Source: Mantamonas sphyraenae STR306
Taxonomy: Eukaryota > Protista > CRuMs
Assembly (NCBI GenBank): GCA_026936335.1
Contig: JAPMXV010000039.1
Location: forward strand, 1 to 64,000
Direction of reading: 5' to 3'
DNA: 64,000 bases
In this document: positions 34,701-45,348 of the stretch, piece by piece
Numbering within the stretch: position 1 is the first letter of the stretch
How the letters are laid out: the number at the start of each line of letters is the position of its first letter
The notes under the pieces: generated by a model
What the model was told of the DNA's origin: nothing
What the model saw: only the letters and a program-made list of their open reading frames with translations
The model's database searches: none
Made by a program: the position numbers and the translations under genes

Positions 34701-37700
34701 AGAGACTGGTGGAGGTGAACGCCGAGTCAAGGCGAGTGCAAGAGGAGCTTCAGGCGCAGATGAGAAAGCAGATGGAGGAGAGCGCTGGTATGGCTGTGCG
34801 CATGCAGAGCCTGCAAGCTCAGGTTTCTCAGCTGAACGAAGACAAGATTGCACTGGAGTCGAGGGCGCAGAGCAGCGAGAAGAGCATGAAGCACATGCGC
34901 AAGCACACGGTGCGTGGTCTGGAGGCACAAAACACGGAGCTTCGTGCAGAGTTAGACAAGCGAGCCGGTGTGGCGGCTGAGTTGGAAGCTGTCCAGGGCA
35001 AGTTGGACACGGTGGAGCGCGAGAAACGAGCTCTGGTGGAGCAGATGACGGAGATGGAGCGAAAGCTGAAGAACACCCAAGCCAACGAGGAGCTTTTGAA
35101 GAAACAGCTGGACGACGCGCATGAAACGGGCAGGGGCCTGCGTGAGAGTGAACGAGACAGGCGCACGGATGTGGAACGAGTGTTGGAGGAGAAGCAAACA
35201 GTCGAAAAGCGGCTGGAACAGCGCCAGGAACAGTGGCAAGAGCAGGTGGCACGGGTGGCAGAACTGCGTGGGGACCTGAAGGCACGAGTGGAGGAAGTAG
35301 CGCAGTGGAAAGGCCAGTGTGAGGCAGCACGTATCCAAGCATCGCAGCTGATGGAGGAGAACAAGCGACTGAACGAAGAACAACGTGTACGCACTCAGGC
35401 AAGTGAGCGTGCTCGCGAAGAGGCCGTGGGCTTGAGCAAGGAGCTGGGAGCAAAGAACAGCGTGCTGGCAAAGAAGTTTGTGGAGACACGCGAGGCGATG
35501 GAGAGGGAGCAAGAGCGTGCGAACAAGCTGGAGGCGAAGCTGAACGAGGAAACGCGTCAGCTGCGGGAAGAACTGGAGGCGCTGCGCACATCGGCCAAGG
35601 GGATGGCCGGAAAGAATCGTCAGTTGAGCGACGAGCTGGTGCAGAGCAGGGAACGGTTCAACAGCCTGCAGACACTGCGAGCAGCGCTGGAGGAGCAGCT
35701 TCGCGATGCAACGGGCAAGCGAGAGGCGGAACTGGGCACGCTGCAGGGTAGGGTCCAGGAGCTGGAAGAGAGCAAACGACAGCTGGAGGGACAGCTGGCG
35801 GCACGCGAACAAAGTCATCAAGAGGCGCTGGAGAAACGTCAGAACGAGAGCAGCGAATTGAGGGCACGAAACACGCAGTTGGAGGTGCAAGTGCAGACGT
35901 TGCAGTCGCAGGTGAATACGATGGAAAAAACAAGCAGCAACGAGCGGGTGCAGATGCAGGAGACGTTTCAGAAGCAGCTGCGCGAGGCAGTGGCAGAAGC
36001 ACAAAGGAAGGAGGCCGAGCTTAGCGAGCAGTCACGCATGATGAAGGAGCGAACGTCGCAGGAGCAATTTCAACAGGCGCAGTTTGAGCACGAAAAGAAA
36101 TTGTGGCAGGAGGACAAGAAGAAGCTGGAATCGGAGGTGGACACATTGCAGCAAAAACTAGAGGCGGAAATGGGCAAAAGCTCGCAGCTGGCCAACTCGG
36201 CAGATCTGGAAGGCAAAAGAGCCAAAGCGACGCTGGAAGGTGTGCAGAAGCAGCTGGAGGAAACCCAGGCGGAGCAGCGCAGATTGGAGGGTGAACTGCG
36301 ACGTGCAGAAGCGGCACTGACGAAAACCAAGGCAGAACTGGAGGAAACGGACAAGCTGGCACGCGAGATTGCAGGCAAGCTGGACGTGGGCGCAGTTGCA
36401 GGAAAGAACACGCAAGCGGTGCTAAAGGAATGTGCTGCAGCATGCGAGATCCTTGCTGCGCAGAGCAAACGCACGGCCGCCAATCTGGAGGAGGTGGAAG
36501 AAGCTCTTCGCAAGAGTGAGGCGCACTCCAAGGCACTGGAGGTGGAAAGCAAGCACCAGGCAGAGGAACTGAAGCGACGCGAAGAAGAGGTGGCCAAGAC
36601 GAAGGAGGAGTTGAAAAAGGTGAACACGGCAAAGGAACACCTGGAGACGGAACTCAAGGCAGAGATGAAGCAGGCAAAGAAGCAGGCGGCAGAAGAGCTC
36701 AAATCACGAGAGAAACAGTGGGAGGCGGATGAGGATGCGCTGAAGAAGGAGGTGCGAAGCAAGCAAGAGCGAACGAGTGAGCTCGAGGAAAAGGTGGCTG
36801 AGTTGGAGCGACTGTTGGACATCAGCAGGAGCCGACTGGATCGACAGAAGCAAGAGATGAAGGAGAAAGAAGCCGCATTGGAGCAAAGCCAAAAGGCGAT
36901 GCTCGAGGCGAAGGAGGAGGCGAAAAAGGAAAACTCGATGCGTTTGGACAACCAGATGGAATTGAACAAGAAGATCATGGAGCTGAGCAAGGAAAACACC
37001 GGGATCAACGAGCAGCTGAAACGTCTGGCGGAGGAACATGAGAAGGAGCGCAACGACGCACGGATTCAAGCAGCCGAGCGACAAAGCGCGGCGATGACGG
37101 AGATGCGCAACAAGGTGGTTGAGGCGGAGAAAAGGACACGTGCAGTGACGCTGGAGTCTGAAAAGGCACTGGCAGAGGAGCGAGAGAAGAGGGACCACGA
37201 ACGGAGTGAGGCTGCCATTGAGAAGGAGAAACTGGAAGGGCAGTTGAAAGAGGCGGAGGCAAAGGCATCGCAAGCTCAAACGGAAAACGAGCTTCTGAAA
37301 CAAAAACTGCGCGAGGCAGAAGCCAAGGTGCGTTTGCAGCGGCCGGTCAAGTCGGCAAAGGAGAAATTGAAGGTTGCGGTGAGCAGCGTGTCTATGGTGC
37401 ACGCGGTTACCGCAAGCACTGACACGGCGGGCTCGCACAGAGCACATGAGGCGCAAGGGAGTGACTCTGGGGAACACAGCAGCAAGGACGTACAGCAACC
37501 TGCACCAAAGGAGGCAAAGAAGGAAAAGATGCCAAGTGCAGGAGTGGTGCGTGTGCAGAGTGACAACGAGCAGGACGCTCTACACAGCGCAGGCACCGTG
37601 GAAAACCCGCTACAGGCAGTGCTGAAGGACATGGAACGCATCCGATCTCAGGTGGAGGAGGAACGGACACACAGGCTGTCTGCGGAAAAGCGTGTGGCAC

Positions 37701-40186
37701 AGCTGCGCGCGGCTTCACGAGAAGAACACGTTGTGTGGGCAGCCATGATCCAAGAGGCACACGAAGGAGCAGTTGCAGCACGCGTGGAAATCCGCAAGCT
37801 TCAGGAGGAACTGGCGTTGTGTCGTGTGCGCGAAACCCTGTGTGAACAGGAGACCTCTGAGAAACACAAAGGGGAACAGCTGTGGAAGAAAGACGCAGAT
37901 ACGTGGCGCACATGGGCAGGCGAGCTGGAACAGTGCGTCGCCGCGCAGGCGCAAGAGAGGGCGAGCGTTGGCTCCGCGAGGAAAGAGGTGTTGAAACAAG
38001 GCCTTGTCAACGCGCTGGAAGCAGAGGTGAAGAAGCAACAGGAACAAATTGCGGCGTTGCAGCGGCAGTATGACGAACAGCAAACGGCGCTGCAGCGAGC
38101 GGAAAAGGAACGAACAGCGTGCGAAAGCGAAGCAGAGGACCTGCGGGCGAAGCTGGCCAGCAAACAGCTGCAATCGCGTATGTTGAGGCGCAGTTCGGTG
38201 TCTCTGAGCGACGAAGGACTTCTGTCCCCAAGATCAGTCAAGAGCGAGGAAGAGCAGGAGGCGGAACGGCAGCGGCGCAAGTCTGCGCAAGAGGCACGTG
38301 TGACCAGTGCAGCTGGCCAGCACGAAAGCTCATCCACGGGAGCTCAAGTGGGATCGCACATGCAATTGACCAACGCTGAGGAGATGCGGGACAAGGAAGA
38401 ACTCGAAACGAGGCTGAGTAGCAAGAAGCCCGCGCGACCCCGCAGCGGTAGTGCGTTTATGCGTGTGGAAGCAGATGGGGACGGCGAAAATGGCCAGAAG
38501 GAGGAGCCGGAGGAGCGGTCACGAGCGTCGTCGAGCGCAGAAGGCAGTCATCCGGCCGCATTGTTGTCTGTGGACGACGGAGGAAATCGGGAACGATCCA
38601 ACTCGGATCTTGGAGCAGTGAAGCGTCGACGAGGATCGTTTGACAAGCGACACTTGTTCCGCAAGGCCGTAAGGCAACACGCGGAGGAAAAGGCGCACGG
38701 GGAGGAAGAGGTGGTGAGTGGATCGGAGAACAGGCGTGTGGAGGAGCGAGCGGTGAGACGGAGCGTGGCACAGGTGTACACAGCGTCTGTGGTGGAAGAG
38801 GCATTGTGGAATCAGGTGCGTGAGCTGAAAGAAAGCCGCGTGCTGGAGAGTGCGCTGGACAGGAAGCACGTGTGGGAAGAGTTTGAGAGGGATGACGAGG
38901 ACAAGGTGGCAGACATGGAGGTGGTGTTGGGAGAGCTTCACTACGGGTCGGTGAACCGAATTGTGGAGTTTGTGACGTGTGATGGTCGAGAAGGGCAGGT
39001 TGCTGTGATGCTTGTGGCGTTGCGAGATGTGCTGAAGCCATGCGAGCTACTGCTGAAGCTAGCTCAGCGATGTCAAGTGCCCGAAGAGAACGACGTGGCG
39101 GTGCAGGAAGCCATCCAGGGCCATGTGGTTCATGCGTTGCGCCAGTGGTTCCATGCATATCCAGATGACTTTGATGAGTCTCTGCGTGCCAGTGCGGTGT
39201 CCCTGCTGACAAGTCTATCTGATCGCGTGCCAGGACGCGACGAGATGACTGAAGAATTCAACGCCATCCGGAAGGGGGAGAGCGGCGTCTCGGAGAATGG
39301 CACTGTGTCAACTGTGGCCTCCTCTTCCTCGTCATCCTCTTCAACGTCATCGACAGATGATACAAGTGGTGTGCAGGTGCAAGCGCCCGAACCAATTGTT
39401 CCCAAGAATGTGTTCTCGCCATCTCTGGTGTGGGAGGATGTGGACGAAGTGGAGCTGGCGCGGCAAATCACCTTGGACGACTGGGAGGTGTACTCGAGCA
39501 TCAAGGAGACAGAACTGCAGAAGCAGGCGTGGAGCAAAGAGAAGTATCGACACCTTGCACCGAATGTCCTACTCATGACATCGCGCAGCAACGGGCTGAG
39601 CGCGTGGGTGGAACATATGGTGCTGCAGGAGGAATCGCTGAAGGACCGCAGTGCGCGTCTGTCCAAGATTTTGCGTCTGCTGGAGAGTTTCTTGGATCTG
39701 CACAACTACCATGCGGCGATGGCAGTGCATGCAGGATTGACGAGTCAGGCTGTGGACCGCCTGAAACACACCAAGAGCGAGCTGAAAAAGCACGACAACA
39801 AAGTGCTTGCGCGCAGTGCAGAGTTGTGCCATCCGAACAAGAACTTCAAGGCATTCCGAGAAGCGCTCAACGAGTCGTTGGAGGCCGGCGTGGCAGTGAT
39901 GCCGTTCCTGGGCTTTCTGCTGACGGATCTGACATTTATTGAAGATGGAAACGCAGACACGCGGGATGGACTGATCAACTTTCGCAAGAAGAGCATGGTG
40001 CACGGGATTGTAGCGCTGGTAGCTCGCAGTCAACGTGTGCCGTTTGTGTTTGTGCGCGTGCCTCAAATCAGCAAATTGGTGGAGCTCGAACGACTGCTGG
40101 AAGTGTGTGTGCTGGACGAAGACGCCAAGTACGAGGTGAGCCTGCGTTTGGAGCCTCGTGGATCAGACAAGGGATCGCTGGCGTGA
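25745..40186 (+). CDS. Giant (~4,746 aa) coiled-coil protein with C-terminal RasGEF (REM + CDC25) domain; intron 26296-26496
   Basis: More than 3,800 aa of E/Q/K/R/L heptads. REM-like region (GSVNRIVEFV..VVHALRQWFHAYPDDF) and CDC25 region (VELARQITL, LHNYHAAMAVHAGL, PFLGFLLTDLTFIEDGN, LINFRK). Confidence 0.88.
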
Positions 40187-40205
40187 GGCTGCGGCAGCGG
40201 AGGCA

Positions 40206-42074
40206 ATGTCGGTTTCAATAGATGCATTGCACAACACAGGCGCCATATTGTGTCTTGGGGTGCCCGAGGGCAGCACGTTTGGCATGGATTTCCATCTGTG
40301 GCAGGTCACAGAGCGGTTCCGCGGTCTGAAGCTGATACCGCCTGGACTGCACTTTGTGTCGTACCGGCCGTTGGGAGGCACGCACGACGAGGTGGCGCCC
40401 AAGCGTGGTTTCTTCCATTGGTTTGAAGCCGGAGAGGTGGTTGTAAAGCAGTGGGATGCGCAGCTGGAGGATTTTGCTGAGGAGCTGCAGGCGGAAGATG
40501 CGCAGCGGTACGTGGACGGGTTCTTTCGGCTGGACTTTGACGTGCAGATGGCTGCGTATCCACGGGAGAAGGACATGATGCAGTTGTGGACAGAAAGCAG
40601 CTCGTGGATCACGAAAGCTGTACTGAAGCAGGTGTGCCCCGCAGGTGGCATTGTGAATTCACAGATCTCGGCACACGAAGCAGAGCTGGAAGCCCTGAAT
40701 GCAGGCAGGGAGGGGAAACAAAGGGAAGAAGTGACACAAGTGAGTGATTTGGACGGTGGAGGACCCGTGATTCCACGTGCGGATGCAATGGAAGACGAAG
40801 ACGACGAAGAAGACGTCGACGAGGAAGGTACATACGGCGACACACAGACAGTGGGAGGGAAGGAGGTGGACGTGGAGGATTCAATGGCATCAGGGAAGAG
40901 TTCGGATGGACCAGAGGAGGCGGGGAGGGAAAATGTGGTGTTCAAAAAGCGGAGAAAGGGCAAGGGCCGCAGATACAGGAACAGGCGGCAGAAGGAGGTG
41001 GAGGAGACGGTGGGAGAGAGTAGCACGGACGGTGGAGCCATACCTTTGCTGACTGGCGAAAAGGGACACGAGGAAGGAATGGCTGAGCTAAACCCATCGC
41101 CGTTTGATCGGACAATGCAATTCCACGCGATCGCCGAGAAGCCGCGGGTGCCATCAGCATCAGAGATGGGTCTGGCAGAAAGCAGACAGGCTAGCGAATA
41201 CCATGCTCGCGTGACAGAGATGGGCATGGACTGGAGCTGGTATTTGAGGCAGGTGCTGGACAGGCACTTTGGGGACGATTGGGGTCCCATGCTGGGGGAG
41301 CTGCAGGTGGCCTATGTCACATTTCTTCTGGCAGAGTTGTACGACGGCCTGCGACAATGGCAGATCGTGGTAAACCTGTTGTGCCATTGCGAGGAGGCAA
41401 TGCTGTTGTATCCGGAGCTGTATGTGGCGTTTGCACGAGTGCTGAAATGGCAACTGAAGCGTGCGCCGGTGGAATTTTTCAATGAGCAGACAGATACGTT
41501 TCTGCATGTGGGCTTGCGTTTGCTGTTTGAGACTGTGGACGCAGACAACGGCGATCGCTTGCACAAGAACGTGCTAGAGGACTTGAGGTCGCTACGGACG
41601 TTTGTCAATTCCCGGTTTGAGTGGCACATGGAACCACACACGGACAACACAACAACACACAGAGACCTGGTAATGGGATCCAAGAGATGGATCGACCGCG
41701 TTGGTGGAGGGCGGCATCGGAACCGAGAGTGGAGCGATAGCGAGGACGACACAGACATCCAAGACGAACAGAAGGGAGGATACCACGAGACAGACTCTGC
41801 GATGACGGGCATCCAAGCGACAAGTGATGAGTTGATGGATGCAATGAGTGACTTGATGGTCACCCCGGGGAGGCTGGGCAAGGACACATTGCAGGCGTTG
41901 GGGATCGACGCGGACGACGAGTATGCACCCACGTTTGTGGACCCCAACGAGTTGGCAGTGTTGCTGGAAAAGGGGTTGCGGATTCGCGACGAGGAGGAGG
42001 GTGCCATGGAGGAGAGTGATGAAACATCAGCTGAGCCGCAGGAGACGTCGGCATCGTCGTCGTCTCCTGCGTAG
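40206..42074 (+). CDS. AAR2: U5 snRNP assembly factor AAR2
   Basis: VPEGSTFGMD, FRGLKLIPPGLHFVSY, LGELQVAYVTFL..QWQIVVNLLC. Confidence 0.9.
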   Translation: MSVSIDALHNTGAILCLGVPEGSTFGMDFHLWQVTERFRGLKLIPPGLHFVSYRPLGGTHDEVAPKRGFFHWFEAGEVVVKQWDAQLEDFAEELQAEDAQRYVDGFFRLDFDVQMAAYPREKDMMQLWTESSSWITKAVLKQVCPAGGIVNSQISAHEAELEALNAGREGKQREEVTQVSDLDGGGPVIPRADAMEDEDDEEDVDEEGTYGDTQTVGGKEVDVEDSMASGKSSDGPEEAGRENVVFKKRRKGKGRRYRNRRQKEVEETVGESSTDGGAIPLLTGEKGHEEGMAELNPSPFDRTMQFHAIAEKPRVPSASEMGLAESRQASEYHARVTEMGMDWSWYLRQVLDRHFGDDWGPMLGELQVAYVTFLLAELYDGLRQWQIVVNLLCHCEEAMLLYPELYVAFARVLKWQLKRAPVEFFNEQTDTFLHVGLRLLFETVDADNGDRLHKNVLEDLRSLRTFVNSRFEWHMEPHTDNTTTHRDLVMGSKRWIDRVGGGRHRNREWSDSEDDTDIQDEQKGGYHETDSAMTGIQATSDELMDAMSDLMVTPGRLGKDTLQALGIDADDEYAPTFVDPNELAVLLEKGLRIRDEEEGAMEESDETSAEPQETSASSSSPA

Positions 42075-42099
42075 GCGACCCCATCGCAAATTCTGGCCC

Positions 42100-43106
42100 A
42101 TGTCCCAGCTTCGCACGATTCTTGAGCGACAGCGGAACGCAAGTGTGTTCAACCGCGACTTTGGGGGCATTGATGAGGAGGAGGATACGGAACTGCTGGG
42201 TGGGCGCAAGGCATCGCTGAGCAACCGCGACTCGACACAGCCGCGTTCTCTGTGGCTGAGCTTCACGACGTTTCTTACCGTGGCACAGGTATGTATCATG
42301 TATTGATGAGTGTTTGACACCCACGTAGTATCTTGGTGTCCGTGTCCTGGCACATGTGTAGGGCCAGAAGAGCAGGTCTACGCACTTTCCAGACCAGCTG
42401 ACGCAATCGTGGACCCCCGCAGGTCATCTTGTACATTGTCATTGCAGCCATGGGTGGGATTGCGCCCATTGCACAGAACCCCGTGCTCGGCCCAACGAGC
42501 CAACACTTTCTGACCCTGGGTGCATCTTCGGGTGCTGCGCTTCGAAGTGGAGGGGTCGCGCAATCGTGGCGTCTGCTCAGCAGCACGTTTATGTTCTCGG
42601 GCCTACTGGAGATGGTGGTTGCTCTTGTGATTCAGGTGCCATACTTTCTTTTTGTGGAGCAAGTGCTGGGTGGATGGAACCTCGCAGTCACAGTGGTGGT
42701 GAGCGGCGTGTGTGGAGCGCTCTTCAGCGCCGGCTTTGCCCCACCACAGGTGGTTACCACCGGTGCTTTGGCTTCCATGGTGGGTGTGGTGAGTGCTCGC
42801 TGTGTGCAGATCCTGGTGGCCAATTCCAATCACGACACGAAGAATCTGGGTGCGGAATCTCGTCTGCAACGTCGCAAGCATCTCACGGGCTCTCTCGTTC
42901 TGTTTGTCGTCCTCATGCCCCTTGGCATGCTTCCTCTCATGACAAGCATCTTCAACCACGTGGGCGCAGCTCTGGCTGCTGCGGGGCTGTCCATGGTCTG
43001 GTTTGGCGCTAGCCATCCTTCCACAGCCTCTCGCTTTGTCTGGATGGCTTTGGGTGCTATTCTCCTGGCCGGCGGCCCCGTTGCCTCGGTGATCCGGCTC
43101 AAGTGA
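42100..43106 (+). CDS. Rhomboid-like membrane protein, probably catalytically inactive; intron ~42289-42423
   Basis: NPVLGP, LGA, WRLLSSTF, about 7 TMs; GALAS in place of GASG; NHVG. Confidence 0.7.
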
Positions 43107-43165
43107 GGTTCGTGCATCCATAAACGTGAACGTGGGCAAAGGAAAACTGTTTTGTTCGGTGTGGG

Positions 43166-45001
43166 TCAGGCTTGCTTCTTTTGAGCCTCGGGTTGGCACT
43201 CGATGGGCTCGGGCAGTGCCTGCTCCAGCAAGGGGATGTCCACCTGACGTGGGTTGTTCTGAAAGTCAAACACCTGCCCAACGTGTTCGGTGCCCTTGCG
43301 GATGGTGGGGAACGGACGTCCACCCCACTGTACGCAGGAAAACGAATCGTGTTGCACAACGTTATCCTTGATGCGAGGCCAGATGTTGAGGTTGAGGAAG
43401 TGCATATCTGCCACGTAGTCCTGCTTGTTGTTCCACTTGTTGATCAAGTCCATCATGTCCGGGATGCGTTCGCTGTGGGGGAGGGGATGGAAGGCAGCGT
43501 ACCCGGCGGAGTGCAAAGGAGGGAAAAGAACGGAAAAGGAGATGTAAGCAAGATGGACACCCACCAACACGACGCAGGGTTTAGAAGTCAGGGTCACAGG
43601 CGAAAAGACGCTAAAAAGGCACTTACCGTCCACCCCACATGCCTCCACTCATGGAATAGGCTTTGTGGCTGGGATGATCACGCATGACATGAAAGCCTGC
43701 GTTCTTTTCGGTGGCCAACCATTCGTCGATGGCGGCCTTTTCGCGTGCACCCAAGCGCGAGTCCGAGTCCCGCACAATGTACACGTCCACGTCGGGGTCC
43801 TGCGCCACAAGGAATCGCCAAAACATGCCTGCGATTCCTCCTTGGATGTTCGAGGCTGCGTCGACAATCTCCACGTTGTCGTAAGATTTGAGCTCGTTGA
43901 TTTTGTCGGCCGGCACAGAGTTGTCCACGTAGAAGCGCACCGTCCAGCCAGGCCACGACTCCTTGGCAATCTTGACGTTCTCTACAGCACCTTGGGTGTA
44001 CTTGAGGTCACTTCCGTACAGTCCCATGGCCACAACCATCTTCTTGGCCTTGGTGCTCTTCTTGGCTGCCTCGCTGCTCGTCTGGTTTGCTTCGTCGTCC
44101 TTGGCATCCTCATCCTCCTCGTCCTCGCTATCCTTACTATCCTTCTTACCCTTGTTCTTTCCCTCATCTTGCGCCTCCAGCTTCTTCTTCAGCTTCTTCA
44201 CCTGTTCCTTCAGCGAATCTCGGCGCTTTTGCAGCTTTGCCACGAGCTCCTCCTTGGTCGCCAACACCTCTTTCAGCTTGTTGACCACCTTTTCCTTCTC
44301 GGCAACCTTCTCTTCGGTCTCTTCCAGCTTCTTCGTCGTGGCCTGGTGCTCTTCCTTGGTCTGAGCGGCCTCGGCTTTGCATTTGGTGGCTGCCTCCTCC
44401 AGCTCGTCGTTCTTGTCGGACAGCGCCTGCTGCTTTTCCAGAACCTTCATCTTTTCGTCATCTGTGTCTGCTTGCAACACCTGCAGCTGCTCTTGCACCT
44501 TCCCGTGCTCCTTCTTCAGCTTGCGGTGCTTCGATTGGATTTTGGAAATGGAGCGTGTGGCCACTTCCAGGTCCTTTTCCCGCTGCATGTACTGCTGCTC
44601 CAGCTCCATGTACTGTTTGCTCACCTCGCTCTGTCGTGACGCTGTGTACACGTTCCAAAACACCAGGGCCATGCCCAGCACCACAAGAATCACCTGCACG
44701 CCTGAGGTTTGTCCCGTTTCCCGACACCCCGACCCAACGCCGTGTCAGTGTCTCTCCTCCTTCCTCACTCCAACAATACACACAAGTGGCATGCCAACAC
44801 CCTGTGCAAGCAATTGCACAGGCGCTTCCTCCTATGTGATCACTTGCCCCTGCGCTCTTCCAGCTCCAGGGGAGCAGAGAGCGGCGACCCCAGAACAGCG
44901 TCCCATGGAAACTCACTCTTCCTGTGGAACTCGGCGTCAGTATGCTGTGCGTTGTTGCCCCACCGTGTTTGTCGTGGATACTTTTGCCCTTTGAACCACA
45001 T
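43166..45001 (-). CDS. Type II membrane protein with coiled-coil stalk and uncharacterised glycosyltransferase-like domain; intron ~43474-43626; 5' exon structure uncertain
   Basis: N-terminal TM, K/E-rich stalk, then WPGWTVRFY, GMFWRFL, VDVYIVRDSDSRL..REKAAIDEW, FHVMRDHPSH, GGMWG and HDSF. Confidence 0.7.
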
Positions 45002-45348
45002 GATGATGCTTCTCTCGTGCCTCAACTCACATCTGTTGCGTTGGTTTTTGTTGCGAAAAACTGGCTGCGGCAGCGCACTTGAGTCATGCCGAGAGAGACA
45101 AGTGTGGACCTGTAGCAAAAGGTCAGAGGGGCGGCAACTCAAGTGTCCTTTGTTCAGTGCACCTCATCGTTCAGGAAATGTGGCAATTGCTGCAGCTTTT
45201 TTCTCTCTGCTGCCCAGGTGCAGTGACGTCAGCACGTGAGGACATGGTCGACATCACATCCCAAGCACACAACAATGCATGCGTGCTCGGTGAGCAATTG
45301 GGCAAACCGTGTCAACTTTGCGGATCAAGCGCTGGCGGGAGCAAAACG

